Positions 26,292 to 40,900 of a DNA stretch of 64,000 nucleotides are shown here, in pieces. A program made the translations under genes and the position numbers. Under the pieces are notes generated by a model that saw only the letters and a list, made by a program, of their open reading frames with translations, had not been told where the DNA came from and made no database searches. The stretch's first letter is position 1; each line of letters opens with the position of its first letter. The DNA comes from Marsupella aquatica. Lineage: Eukaryota > Plantae > Marchantiophyta. The DNA lies in contig OZ316896.1 in assembly GCA_973895155.1 (NCBI GenBank), positions 6,066,166-6,130,165 on the forward strand, in the 5' to 3' direction.

Positions 26292-28914
26292 ATGGCGAGC
26301 TACGGGATCGGGGCGACCCCGGTGTCGTTTGCGGTTCACTTCCTTGGGTTGGCGATTATCGCCCTGACTCTCGGCTGGGTGATCGCTTTCCGGAATGGAG
26401 TCTCGCTCTTCTCATCAGATTCGAACCAAATCTTCAACGTATGTTTCTTTCCACCTCTCTCACATCTTGAACACAAGACTCTCTGTGTCTCTCGCTAAAG
26501 GACCGGTATAGTAGTTTGCCTCACAAACCCGGTTCTCTCTGTATTGGTTTGAAAGTCACGATAAAATGCGTCACCGCTTCTCACGGGACGCCACCGGATT
26601 TGAACGCATGACTTTGACTACTAACCATATTTGGCCAGTGTAGGTCACTGACAGGGTTTCATGGATTTGTAGGGTGAATTCTGGCTCCTTTATTTCTTTT
26701 CCTTGCGTGCGTCGGGGTATAGCGCTGATTCTCTGATAGTTAGAAAGGGAGGTGGAGATTCATCTTTCTTGCAGTGAAGTTTCTTCCGAGTCTTGTGGTG
26801 TCATGTCATGTCACAGGATTGTGTTGTGTACTTCCTTGAGACCATATGTGACCGGCTCAAAGAGCATTTTCGTTTGTGAATCTAGTCGATCTACTATTGG
26901 TTAGTTTCTGTAGGCTTTGATTACTTTAGTAGGAGTGACCTTTTCTAGTGGATGTCGACGATTGGACTCTGTGAGAGTGTTTATCTGCGCGGGAATGAGT
27001 GTTATGCTTTGGGTAAGTGAACCCGACCGGCGACGAGGAAGAGTGCGAGGTTGTTGATATTTAATAAACTTCCGTGCAGTGTCCTCTAAGCGTTTACTTA
27101 TTGCATAGTTGCTGAGACTTGTACTCTAGTGTGATTTTCGGCCCTCTGCTGGGATTATCTTTTTGTGAAAGAAGGAAGCTTTACCGCAGAGTGAAGGTGG
27201 ATGAGGAATTTTTAGTCGTTCACGCACGAGAAGTGAAGGTGTAGATAGGGGATGAGACTGGGCTGGCCATACTGTCAACAATGGGATAGTATCGTTTTGA
27301 CGGGAACTGACTTTGTTACCTCGGACAATCTAGATTTTGTTCCAGAGCAGACCACGCGGGTCGCGTCAGTACCCGAGTCTGTCCGTTTTGCTAGGTCGCC
27401 GTTCTCCGCGATTTACCGTGGTAGTAGCGGTCACTTGTACGGGAATGAATCCTTGGTAAACTGAGCTGGGAAACGATTCTGCTCCTCCAAAATACGAGAA
27501 GTAGAACTTGCAAGTCATGACTTTTCCAACACTGAGTTTCGGAAGGTGTTTCTGTGATCTGATCTGGCTTTTTTATTATATTTGTGACAACCGCATGAAC
27601 TATCTGTATGATGATTTATTTTAGACTGTAAGAGATTCTTACGCCAACAGTCTGAGAAGGGACGGGTCAACAATTGCGGTGGACACTCCAGACGATGGAA
27701 CTGATTATTGTGATTGTCGATTGCAGGCTCATCCAGTCATTCAAATCGGGGGATTCATCTTCATCTATGCCGAAGGTAAGCACGGATGAACACAAAGACC
27801 TCCTAGTAGTAAGTCACAGTATCTTCCCTGGGAAGAATACGGAGATTGAGCAATGTCCAGGCTTCATCGTAGGGACGATTGCTGTCCAGAAGGTTCTCCC
27901 CCTGTCTAGGAACGTTGAAAGGATGATCTCATTTCTGAATGTTCTCTACGTACTCGGAAGATGTCTTTCATGAAGCCCTTTCTGTCTTTGCCCTCTAGCT
28001 TACACACATCCTTCCTGTGGAAGCTATTGGTATTTGCCTTCTGGTGACTGTGTGTTGTCAACAGACATCGTAAAGAGCATACGGTTGCTGTCCTGCATGG
28101 TCTGGACTGCAACCTAGAGCTACGAGTGGTCTTGAACTGGGAAACGATTCCATCGGGATGGTAGTGGAGGAAATGGCTTGGAGGATTCCGGATGGCGAAA
28201 TCACTTTGAAAAGTTGCACATAGTGGCGATTGTAAGAGTGAAGACTCTCTCTCAGTCCCAATGATGGATATTCCGAATTACTAATTTTACGTTTTTTTTT
28301 CTTGGGCAGCTATCCTGGTGTACAAGACTATAAGCGGACCCAAGAAAACAAAGAAGTTGGTGCATTTGAGCCTGCAAGCCATTGCCTTTTTGTTTTCATT
28401 GTTGGGTATTTGGGCTGCTTACAAGTATCACATAGAAAACAGCATCGATAACTTCTACAGCTTACATTCTTGGCTGGGAATCACTACAGTCATCCTGTTC
28501 TTCATCCAGGTAAGTTAAAGTTCTGTGTTCGTGTAGTGCATTCGTTTTACGAGAAAAACCACCTGAGAATCTTCGGTGCTGCGCCCTAATTCAACGGTTT
28601 TTTGGATGCAGTGGGTAGGCGGATTTACTTCATTTTGGACACAAAGTATTGGTCAGTCAGCAAGAGCAGCAGTCTTGCCCTGGCACGTGTTTTTTGGGTT
28701 GGTCATATTTGTTTTGGCAATCGCGACTGCAACAACTGGTTTCCTGGAGAAGATAACTTTTCTCAATGTCTCTGGTGGAGTTGGCCATTACGCCAGTGAA
28801 GTCACGTACGTGAACTCAACGGCACTTGTGGTGATCTTGTTTGGAGTTGTTACGATCCTCGCTGCCATCATTCCTGCACCCAGAGAGGAAGACGGTTATC
28901 AACCAATCAACTGA
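26292..28914 (+). CDS. CYB561: Transmembrane ascorbate-dependent cytochrome b561 (CYB561/ACYB family), 4 exons, ~232 aa
   Basis: Exons 26292-26438, 27727-27775, 28310-28509, 28612-28914 join in frame (699 nt). Motifs FNAHPVIQ, KKLVHLSLQ, NFYSLHSWLG and LPWHVFFG supply the four heme-ligand histidines. Confidence 0.93.
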
Positions 28915-29807
28915 GTATCATATCGGAGCCCGTATCCGCTGCATACTACTGAGGAGCGGAAATTTCGTCTTGCACAATGAGTGAATGGTAGGGAAGAGAA
29001 GCTGAGGGTTCTTAGCTGTTACAGGGTATCGTCAGAGTGCTTGTAATTCTTGTAAATATGTAATTGACTCGAATGATTATAGGCTTTACTCCCTATTTCC
29101 AGTGAGACCCTGGTTGACTTGGATGATCCTGTTTAGTCTATCAAGAGTTTCAAGAACTAAAGTTGCCAACTAAGGATGAAACTTTGCCTGAAAGTAAAGG
29201 ACGGCTATTAACGTATGGTTGGTTGTTTGTTTCTAAATTTTTTTTCTAACAATTAGTTCCTCGATTATATGTTCTTGACCACAAGATCAATATATTTTAG
29301 CTGCACCTTGCGGGGAAAGAATACTGCAGAAATGCTCTGCAGGTAAAGGACAATGTACAGAGGAGATGCAAGGATACGAGGATCATTGGAAAGTTTTAGA
29401 TGGATGGTTAGTGACAGGAACAGGAATACCCAGTTTATCTGTTCCGGCAGTATTGACACATGGGAAACAATTGTGTTTGACATTTACAGAAGCTACGGGT
29501 TAGTGGTTAGTTCTGAAATGCCCTAATGTATCAGCTCAAATCTGAAAACAGTAATGATGAAGAATGTCTCTGGATTTTAGAAAACGAAAGTACACTTTGC
29601 TTTCTTCCACATAAAACTATTCATCACATCCAAACCCTTTACTTTGTACCTTGGGCCTTCTCTTTGTAGTGGATGCTATAACCCTTCACCTCACGGTTAA
29701 TAATCCTCAATCCTCTCCTGACACATGGACCACTACACTTAAAAGGCTCCTCGGCATATTAGCCCTACCTACATTAATTTAACCTTCATCCTATTACAAA
29801 AGCGTGG

Positions 29808-30900
29808 ACTGAAGCCTACTTTTAAGGGCCTAGGTTTAAAGTAAAGCCTCTAGACTCTAACTCCCAGTAGAGACAAAATTGATAATGAGTATAGACAAAA
29901 AACATTAAGGGCAAAGATTAACCAAAATAGCAGCAAAAGTGACATTGACTCTAAATAAAGCTGACATTGATGCGGATGGAAAAAAAACAAGGAAGGGCAA
30001 AGACTAACCAAAATAGCATATAAATCTTATTGTGCAAGATTTTTCTTCATATCAGTTTAGTTCAAGGAACGGGTCATGGTGCTAATCCTTCAAAATCTGA
30101 CACAAGCTCTCCCCGCCCCCCCCCCCAACCTTCCCCGGTGTGGGTTGGGCTTGGAGATTCTCGGCTTCTGCGGTGTTGCACTGGTGCTCTTTTGGGGCTT
30201 TTAGGCTTGTGATTGTTCTGAGATTTCATTTAGTAACCATTTTGGCTCTGTATGTCATATGTTTTTTAGATTGAGCTTTTTGGCCTGGCATTGTGCTGTT
30301 TATGTTCCCACTGCCCCCAGGCTTTCCTGGTTAAAAATTTATTATAAAAATCACCTTTCAAGGATACACAAGATCCAGAGAAGTTCCTTTAACAAATGCT
30401 ACCTTTGTTGGCCAAGAGAACTTGGATGCCAAAAAAAGGCAGATCAAAATAGCTGTTTGGAAGTGTTGTGCAAATGGTGACAACACATTAATTGCCAGTT
30501 GCCACCAACAAACCGGGCAACAAACAGACCTTGCAAAGTAGTTTTCACCCTGTAATTAGAAAAGGGCCAGTTTACTGAAAAGGGCTAAACAAAGTACAAT
30601 CTTATTAATAAATATTACTATAAAATAGTCACTGAAGCCTACTCTTAAGGGCCTAGGTCTAGAATCAAGACTCTAAACAATAACTTCCAATAGAGACAAA
30701 ATTAATAATGAGGTTCAATAAGGTCAAAATTTTAAATGAGTATGGACAAAAGTGACATCGACTCTAAATAAAGATAAAAGTGAAATGAGGATGACAAAAA
30801 ACAAGGATGGGGCAAAGGGTAACCAACATAGCATTTAAATTTTATTTTGCAAAATTCTTCTTCATATCTATTTATGTTTAAGGAACGGGTCATGGGGCTA
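29808..30900. repeat. Two ~275-bp diverged direct repeats (29808-30084 and 30631-30900)
   Basis: actgaagcctact.ttaagggcctaggt...aaggaacgggtcatgg.gcta occurs twice, separated by ~545 bp. Confidence 0.75.
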
Positions 30901-31331
30901 GTTGCAAACATAAGTTAGAGTTGGGGTCTAATTTTCTAGAGTGAAGCCTCTTGACGATGACACTAGGGCCCCACCATCTGAATGGAAAGAATCATGGAGA
31001 TAAAGTATGTCAAATGATGATCATGTATGATGTTTGTCATTGTTTCTTTTTACATTCAAAGAATGGGCATTCAGGCTAGTTGAATAAAAAGAGGACAAAA
31101 TGACCAATTTACTACACACAGCCAAACAAAGGGCCAAACAAAGTACAACAGAGTGACAGCAAAAGTGGTCCAGGGACACCAACACCAAACTCACAAGAAA
31201 AGTGCAAAATAATGATGATACACTATGAAGCTCCAAAACTAGGGAGAAACGCTTTGTTACAGGATAGGCATGCATGCCTGGGCTCCCAAGGCTACTGGAG
31301 TACACAAACGAAAGGAACAAGAAATGGAAAG

Positions 31332-32405
31332 GACCGAGCTCGGATTCTTTCTTCCGGAGGGAAGGGCGCAGGTGGATGGCTTCAGGCCAATCCAGTCATT
31401 CCTCATTTGCGGATGTCTTCAACGGAGTTCTCCACAGCCATGTGTCTTCGTCTGGGGCTGCCCCACCCACTTCTTGCAGGTTTACCTCCTTCTTGCACTT
31501 GTGGGAAGCCTTGTGATGCCACAGGTGTCCATCTTCTTCGGTGCAGTTTGGGAGGTGAAACCATTATTGTTCACGACGCTGTGCGAGATGCGACTGCTCA
31601 GGTTCTCTCTGGCTCTTTGGTATGCGTGCGGCGGGAGGTGGTACTCGAGTTACCTGGTCCTCTATCACAGCGGTTACGGGTGGATCTTACCATGGTCCGT
31701 GAGGGTCAACGTACTTTGGCAGATGTTGTGGTGGCAAACCCATTGCGCCAAGACATCATTGGGACAGCAGCAACTACGGCAGGGGCAGCAGCGTCACGTG
31801 CGGCAACAACGAAGGAGGCCAAATACGCTGCACGAGCTTCATCCGACAGCTTCCTCCCCCTTGCTGTGGAGCTATTTGGGCGTCTTCATCCTCAGTTTGA
31901 TGGGCTTCTTCGGCAAGCTGCCCGGGATGTTCATGGCCGAATGGGTCCCATCGGACCTCCGCTTTCTATTTTGACCACGCACTTTCGCCAACGCATTTCA
32001 GTCACCTTACAGCGTGCTCAAGCTCGGGCCATCTATCGTCGATCTCTTACAGTGGGTGCTAGTGTGCCTCCGCAGCGGCTAGCTCCCCTGGAGGATGTTC
32101 CAATCCCACTTGCCGATCTAGTTTTGACTCTTGATGTGGACCATTAGCTTTTTGCCACAATCGGTAGGAATGATGAGGATCTCGGTCCGCTTGGGTTAGT
32201 TTTAGTCTCTCTCTCTTTCTTGGTTTTTAGGGGTTCCCTATTGTTCATTTCTTACTTTTAGTTCCTCTTTCTTGGTGTTTAGTGGTTCCTTTTTGCTCAC
32301 TTCTTTTTCGATTGGTTTTGTTCACTTGGGCCCTCTTTTGTTTGTTCATTTGTACTCTGTTTGGTCCCTTTGTATATAAAAAGTGTGTATATTTTGGTAC
32401 CTAAA
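31332..32405 (+). mobile_element. 5'-truncated non-LTR retrotransposon with CCHC finger and restriction-like endonuclease (CRE-clade-like)
   Basis: Open frame to TAG at 32147 with GAGGWL, CLRLGL, CTCGKPCDATGVHLLRC..GG....HD, R-V-D...LADVVVANP, KEAKY, FLPLAVELFGRL and RQRISVTLQRAQARAI. Followed by a T-rich 3' UTR. Candidate ~21-bp TSD at 31310-31331 and 32406-32426. Confidence 0.8.
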
Positions 32406-34942
32406 GAAAGGAAAAGAAATGGAGAGCCAAGTAGCACCACGCAAAGGATGCCGCGCCAGGCCATGTGATGAGATGCTGACATGATTGTACAGGACGGTGC
32501 GTTTATTCATTAAGGCTCATGCTGACGTACGTATCATTGCTTTCAACGAATCATTGTTCTCCTTTCTCGTTAGAACTCCTCCGGATTTCGTGGGAGTCGT
32601 CATCTAACTGCAGTTAGTGATATCCAGGTGTATGGTACGGTGCAGTCAACAATGAATAAGTGCATCAACGCTGGGCGAAGGCCTTATCGTGCACTTATCT
32701 ATGGTTTTCATTTGTACCAGAAATGAAAATCTAATCAATCTTGCATTTATAGATAGAACTGTCTCATAAGTGCAAGCACAAAAATTTTGCACTCTTACCC
32801 TATAGGATGACTACTGGGGCCTCTTCCATGGGGAACCGATTGCACGGGTTAGTGCAAGATGATTCTCTATCTAAATATATGCTGCACCTTTCAATAGAGG
32901 CATCTCTCAGCCTCATGCACTTGTGGGCAATTGCAAGTATACATATTTATCCTTGTGTTGAACTTATCCATTTATTTTTTAGTGAGGGTCATTATCACTC
33001 ATGGACCAAGGTCATTTGGTTTGTGCTTGGGGGGCCGTCACCATGTTTTCTTTGCTGAGGAGTGTTAGGGACTTGCCCTCTGGGCTCCGGGATTGTTGGC
33101 GTGTTCTCTGGGCTTTTGGGATTGTCTTTTCTTCCCCGCTGGTTTTTGCAGCAGCACTTGAATTTATTTTGCGCTCTGTCGCTTCACCTCAATAGAAAAG
33201 GTGCATTTCTTTACTACATCTACTCCTAAAAAATCATGGATTACTGGGAAGAACGACCCACCTTGCACTTAAAGAAAAATGCATTTATGCACGGTGCACT
33301 TAGACATGGCCAATCAACTGTTACATTTTCACTGTATGGTGCTGTACACTACTATAGTAAATGTCCGTCTTGAAGGCGAACTGACCCAAGTTTCAAGTTG
33401 ACTGGTGTCCAGAGAGAATGAGAGATTGACTGTATTTTGGCGGCACTCCAAAGCGAGCTTTCTCTACAGGAGCTGAGGCTTCTCGACAGGCTTCTCGAGG
33501 GGCGTAGTAAGGGTTCGGACTGGAGGGGGCGCTGAATTTGGATTTCGTGTCCTGTATAGTAGTCCGATTCCATGAAGATGAGCGTTTAAAATCAGTGGCT
33601 GAATGGAAAAAGCCATTTCACGGAGATCGAGAATTCGAGATTGGAGAGGAGAGATTTCGTTCGGGCTTGCATTTGCATCAGGGTGACGAATATTGAAAGG
33701 GCGGCCCTACAGTGTTGCATGCGCCAAAGATGATCGCTTAACGATGGGTGGATCGTCTTTCGGCTTTCAAGTCTATAATGAGAGGGCGGGTTCTTTAAGA
33801 TGTGAGGGAGATTTACCGTTGATTGGGATTGTTACTCGGTGTTAGTCTGCCTAGTATATGACAATTCGCTTCGCAAACTAATTATTCAAATCAGTGGGTT
33901 GAGGAGAGGTGCCTGGAGCCATCGGGGATTGTTGGGAGCCATTAGGAAATTTTGGCTCGGTTGAATTCAAGGCTACGCTACACTTCCTCGCCAAAATCTC
34001 CCAGTCACCTTGTTTTTCTATCTTCTCGGGCATTCTCTCTTCGCTTCCGTGCCTTTCTTTACCAAATAGTTACTGTGCTCATCTCACTATCAGGATTGTG
34101 CAAAACAACTCGACACTACTCACTTAGTTGTCGTTGTTTCCCTTAGTTGCTTTACTTCAATTGCTCTCGCGCTCACTCACCAACCCGCCAATTGCTTGTC
34201 TGCGTCTTCGTTTCGATCTCTGCAACTCTCTCCCGTTTCCTTGCTGATGACAGACACTTGCATTTTCTCTTGGACCTGGATTTACTGTGCGCGGCTGTGC
34301 TCTTTGTTTTATGCATAGATGTCGTATGACTTATTGGCAGTCTTAGTTCCCGGTTAATTTCCTCTTTCGTGTCATGCCTCGGCGGCGAATAATTGAGTAG
34401 AGTGGCTCGATCGGGGAAGCCTACGTGTCAGGGAGGTAGACGAAAGAGAGAGAAAGAGAGAGTGAGCGTGTGTAAATTATGTTTATGCCCACGGCAAGCT
34501 TGTTCCATGAGGGACCAGAGAGAATGGCGAAGGCGAGGCGCCAGGGCAGAGCAAGATGTGGGTGAGAACAATTGCCACAGTAGATGGACGAGACCTCGAA
34601 GAAAGACTCCAGCTCACCGGAGCTGCAGCTAGCTCAAGAGAAGGCAGTAACTATTGTCTTTGGAATGTTATTCTTTTGCGACAGTTGGTGTCCTTTGACG
34701 GAGAAAGATGGAACGTCAGCGCGCAGGTAGGAATAGGGGATTTGTATACCGACCGTGGTGGAACTGACGAGCGGCAGTCTCATTTGTCCATCGGGGCATC
34801 ACATTGTCTGCAATGAGCTGTGGACCTGCCTCTTTAGAAATGGGAACGAGGAGTGCCTTATACGAGCAGGAGAGACGTGTTTAAATTTTGGCGAGGAAGG
34901 ATTTACTGCAGGCACCTTTAAGTTGGTGTTCTGGAGGGCAGC

Positions 34943-37900
34943 ATGGCCAATTTAGAACAAAGTGCGGGGTTCATGGGAGCTTCGGAGGCTTGTGATGAGG
35001 CAGAAACGGCCCTGAAGTGCGTACTGAGCAGTCCTCTGTTTCTAATTTCTTTCCCCAGCTCATCTTACTCCTGTTACCCTGGTAGTCGTTTCACTTCAGT
35101 TGGGAATATGGCTGAGGGCTTCCATCACGTATAGATAGTTTCGAATGTTAGAGCTTGTTCTCTTATCCCTTAAACGTTCATCCTTGATCGTTTATTTAAC
35201 ACTACAATGCTTTCGTTCAAAACAGATGACTCTGGCCAACTCTTGCAAGTGCAGCAGAGTTGGATTGTAAGATTGTCCTCGCTCAATTGAATGAGAAAGT
35301 GAATCACTGCATCATCCCTGAATCCCTGCTGATTGGAGATGATGTTGGTGCCAGGCTCTTCTTGCAGGGAAGGTTCGATGAAGCGGAGACATATGTACAA
35401 GAAAACGCCGATAGGAGGGACAACGTTGCCGGTGCAGTTCCCATCTTTACCCACTGTCATGCCGTCATACTCTTCGCCAAAGCTGGTATTACCGGTACCG
35501 AAGAGGACAGGTGCTTGTTCGGTTAGGTTTCTTTCTCTAAACTATGAAATCATCGGCATGTTTTCTTAGAATTCATTCGGGACGCGTTCACCAGTTTCTG
35601 TGTGTAAGTCCATCAGGCATTGGATGGGTCCTGAGGCCCTTATATGCTGATGGGCTTGTGCTTGAATGTGATGGGCGTGCCAGTGTGCTTCGAGTACATT
35701 GTCTTTGGTAATTGTCTCGGCAGTTGGTCCTGCTTGAGCCATTCTTCCCCCCACACAAACTCGGAAAGTGGGTGTGACCGTCTTGGCTCCTCTGCATTTA
35801 CATCAATGAAGCGGAACTTGTACAAGAATTTCGTTGTAAGTTAGTTCTGTTTATATAACCTATAAACGAACTACCTAATTTTCTAATACTTCTGAAAGTT
35901 GGTTACGGGATTGGGGTAACCTCGGGAATTGTTTTTCTCCCGTCTTGGGGTGTGCGGGTGGTGAAGTTTTTCGAGGCTTGTTTTTATGAACGAATGAGTT
36001 TGATTGACGCAGGAAGCAAGCCTCTGAAAGGCTCAGTAAGGCTTCAGCAATGGCAAGAGAACATGTCCCCAATCAAGGATGGGCAAAAAGCATCGCAGCG
36101 TGGGGAATGAGCTACTTCTCCTCTCCATCTCCCCGAGCTGACAACATCTCTGAAGAAGAGCTTAGCTGGTGGGTGAACTGACAGCATCCTACAGCCATGT
36201 CGCTTCATCTGCGTATTAACTGGGCAAACCAGTGTGAGAAGAATTTACATCTGCATGTCGATCAACATATTGAGATAACTAAGCAGCTATTGTTTACCGA
36301 TGATTTGCCAGGAGGCTAAGTTTCTATGCATTTGGAATTTTTCTGTTGTCAAATTTGCCTCCCCACCCTCCGTTTCACCCCATCCCATCCCACCCCTCCC
36401 CCTCCCCACCCCCACTCCACCACTATATTGGACATTCGAAATATTCAGTATATTTGCTTCCGTAATTTCTCTTATCATGTTATCCACTTCGAGGCAAGCA
36501 TGAATACAGACGTCCATGGGGCGAGGATGGAAAGGGAAGGAGCATGGTGTTTGTGTGAATAGGCGTCAGTATGTCTGACTGTGACTTGGTATTTTTTGTC
36601 TTGTGCGTAAGTTTGTAACCGAGCTGTTTAAGGTGGAGATGACACGGCGGGAACGCATTTTATCTAAATTAAAATATTACTGCAAATATCAAGTAGTCTG
36701 TGTGAAATGTTCAGAGCTATTTAATACTGATCGCGTATTTCCTTTTCTCTGTGTGCCTGCGCGGCGCAGTCGTATTATTGAAGCGGAGGCAACCTACTTG
36801 CTAGCGCTTTTATGTTTCTTTGAAGAATCAATGGGGTCCTTCTTCAGGGTGAGTATTGCATCAATTATTTGGAGCTTTTTGGGTTATTAAGATTCACAAT
36901 TGTTAGATACCTGGAAGAAGCACTGGAATCTCAGGATCGTTGTTTACTTTTTCTTCAGGCAGCATTGTTGATTAGAAAAGCGATCCAAGGATACAAGCAT
37001 TGTCGCACCATTCTTCAACGTCAGGTAATTTCTCATTCAAATTATTGAAATGATAAAGATTTAAAGTTAGTTCAAAATTGCAAGGCTTGTGATGGTCTGG
37101 CTGTGCAACCTTAATGTAGCCCACAATATCTTCTATCTTGTAGTCTCTGAAACAGCTGTAGCCCCAAATCAGGATGGGCTTAGTCATGCAGTTCAACTAA
37201 TCAAGTGATGTATATCCGACGCAAGGTACAGCCAGTGCATTGAACTAACTCCGTTGGGTTGAAAAACAGCGTCATGCCAGCAGAAGCAAACATGATGTTG
37301 GCGCCGTCGAGTTAGGATTTGGTGGCTTCAGCCTCGCTATTTCTATGCTGCCACCAAAGTTGCTGCGGTTGTTATCAGTGCTTGGATTTCCATCCAATCG
37401 GGAGGCTGGCCTTCATGCAATAAACCAGAGCTTGATTGGTGGCGGCCTTCGTTCTTCTGTTGCTGGCGTGTGAGTATGCACTCTTCCTTTGTCAAAACTC
37501 TTCTCACGAAGAGTATGTTCTGATAAATATGACAATTTGAAGTTCTGGTTGTACTTCCTATGTTTGTCGTCTTGTAAGTCTGCTAACAAGGCTGTCCAAA
37601 TGGACGCAGGTTGCTTTTGTCATATCATGTCATCCTTCCAGCGTTTTTCTCTATCCCTCAGGTACACATTACGAGTGCCTTGCTCCTGTGGTATCAACAT
37701 GTTTTCAAAATAAATTACATTGGCGAAAAGAGAATGTGATCCGATTGAACTCAAACGAAAAACTTTGCTTGAGCTGTAGGAACGTGAGCAGCATGTCTTA
37801 TCAGCTGAGCGTGTTCTTACACTTCTACAAACACTTTTCCCAGACAGCTTCTTTCTGAGGTAGGTTCGATAAAAAGTGCTGTTTTACAGGTATTGCACGC

Positions 37901-40900
37901 ATCTAAAAAATTATTCTGGTTCTTTCTGTCTCTACTTCGAATCTCCTCAGGTGATTCGAGTTTTTGTACAATTTCCAGGTTGAAAGAATTGGTAGCCAAC
38001 TTGTCTGGCTTGTTGTCGTGCCTGTTCTGCAGCTTTTACAGAGGACGTTTGCAGAGACTTAAAGGAGACTTAGAAGGCGCTATTGAGTGGTTCAGAAAGC
38101 TGGACGAGGTTGGACATTCCATGGCCTACAGTCCTTCTATTTAAAGCTACTCTCTATGCATATGTTATGGTTGAAAGGACTACCCTAGGAAAGAACGAAT
38201 CTTGCGTAATACGCTTTGAATGGCCTATTTTGTCTATTATTACCTCCAAATCAATACATGCATTCCAAGTAACCGCAATTGCCGCCAAACATCATTGATG
38301 ATCTATACCTGAATTTCTTTATATTGCAAGTCATTTCAATTCGAAATGTGTTAACTGAATTCAGTGTAAATGGAATGCAGGGTTTGCCTTTACAACCAGA
38401 TTCTAAATTCTTCAAATTACGTCATGCCTGGGTGTATGAGCTTGGTCTAAGTCATATGATGCAGCTACAGGTGAAACATGATCGACAGCTCCGCTTTCTG
38501 CCAGCAATCCAGGGTCTTATCCATGCGATCACTGGAATACACTGTAGTACAGGCAAAATCAAGTAGTTAGTAACGCGAAGACATCAACTCGTGGTCCTAG
38601 CCTGGCTATTCTGCAATCTTGATTTTTGTTCTTTTGGTCAGATTATTAATCAATTAACTTTGGTCAGATTATTACTGAACTAATTCTACTAGGTTATCTT
38701 GACTTGAAGTGGAAAGCAGCAGAAATGTACTGGGCAGAGCTGGAGAATGACAGCGTCTGGTCGACCGCATTTTTCGCGTATATCCATGTGGGTTATCATC
38801 GATACATTTCATATGGCAGTGTTTTTTGGCTGGCATAATTCAAATGCAGCACAGAAAGAATCCGTTGTTGGCTTAATTCTGATGATAGAACACTGCTGTG
38901 TCTCTCAAAAATCTATAAGAACCATGAGTCTCATAGATCGGTCTCAAATTGAGTATGGAACTTGTCTGTGGACTCCGTTCAGTATACTACTAAGGGTGGC
39001 TTCTACAAGAACTCGAGGCGCATGTGACTTTTTTTCACCAAAGCAAACTGGAGGCCCACTTCTTGTTCTTGTTCTAAAGATAGACTCGGGACCACTCTTG
39101 AGTTGAAGTTCAATAAATGCAAAGGCCTTCGATGAAGGAGTATTTCCTTGGGCCCAGTGCTTGCCACGTAGGATTGGTAACACCATATCGAATGGACCCT
39201 GGAGTTCTTGTACTCATTGTACGGTCCAGATCTAATCTCAGAGGGAATAGAAAGCAATGGGCCCTCAACGTCTTGTACAGCCACCCTAAGGTGTTCAGGT
39301 CTTTAGCTGCATGACGAAAGACATTGGTCATGAAAAATGCTACACGACGTCACTGTATGTCGGAATAAAGTAAGATGATTGTTCCTCGTCTTCCAGTACT
39401 AATGAGGATTATTGTTTCGAATTCAGGGTGCATCCCTTTGTATGCACGGTGAATCAAAAGCTGCCGCAGAAAACTTTGCGAAAGTGAGTTATAATTCTGG
39501 TCTCTTTAGGAAATACTTTCCTTTCAGAAGATTAGAGGACTTCTATTGTCCGAAGGGGTGCTGCTGGGTGGACATTTTACGAGTTGCTCTGTATATTCTG
39601 ATTGGACCGTCGGTATTGTTCCTGTGGTAGGTCAAGGGACTTATGAGGGGAACAATCTCTGGTAGGGTGCTGGCAGAAGAGCAGTACGCATCTAGAAAGG
39701 TGAGCCGCAAGTGCAGTGTTGGTGAATAATTCCCTCCACAGACACTCTTGTTTTCTAAGTACCTAAGTCCCCGCAACTTCTGTGAAGCGAAATGTGTGCA
39801 TTTATAGTTTACATCATATCATGAAAGTTCAGGACTCAGAGCATAGAAGGAATTGCACATTTTATCTACTAAGAGTCTGTAAGGATAGGACTCGTTAACA
39901 GGCTCAGTTCTACCCTCTTTTCAGGCTAAACGCTACCCCCGCGTAGGGACTTCCTTGTCAGCATACGGATCACTTCAGCATTAGTAATTCTCGTCTAGTG
40001 GATCAGTAGGTTTGCAGACGTTGAAAAACAGGGTGTATTGGAAGCCATCCAAATGATGTAGCAGTGTCACCTCGATAGATGCCATGTTTTTCGTGATCCA
40101 ACCGCCCTCCAATTATAGGGACATGGGCTACACCTGTCATGGTGCTATTCATCTTGGAAATGTACTCACTTGTGGACTCTCCCTCAGGTTAAGGATCATG
40201 CTCTGGATACTGAAGAGGGCACAAAAAGTATCCACGGCCGTCTAAGTGGCATCGAATTTCTCTATTTATGGAACTCCTTTCCTCAGGTATAACCATTTCG
40301 TGTTCTAGGTCTACTTTCAATACACAAGTGTTGACGTCATTTCTATCACTTTCAGGAGGTGATGTGCCGAGTCCAACTTAATTCTTCTTAGAATTTGCTA
40401 TTTATAACAGACGTAAACATTCAATTGCAGATGTCACAAGACAAATTGGAAGAAATTATACAGATTATCGTAGAAGCAGAAGCTTCACTGGTGTCAGCCC
40501 ATGAAAGTTTCAGAAATGACGAAACCGAAAAGAGTCCTCCACCAAAGAGAGTCCCCACTGAACAAGAAGCGTTTCTGGAAGAGGTGACACATCTCACGAT
40601 GACGAACCACGTTTTCTTAGCTTGCTTGATGAGACGTTACAGAGACACTCAGATGTCGGCCGACTTGATATGCGTAGCTGTTTACAATCAGAATTGAAAT
40701 TCCCCACTTGAATGGACTCTTTTTACAACCAGCGTTTTTGCATTCTTCTGCAACAATGACAATTGTAGAACACATGGACGTTGGGCTAGTATTCCATAAT
40801 AATAAAGCTTAATAGTTTAGTAACAATCTTGGGGGAGGTGCATGTGGCGCGAATGGGGAGGAATTTAGAGAAGGGGTGGAATGTAGAGTCTGAAACACCT

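Noticed and set aside
31212-31331. N-terminus of the 311-aa ORF as a real gene start
   Set aside because: It lies in AT-rich flank upstream of the retroelement's truncation point and is open by chance.
32626-33350. MITE bounded by degenerate inverted ends
   Set aside because: Inverted similarity is too weak and no TSD was found.
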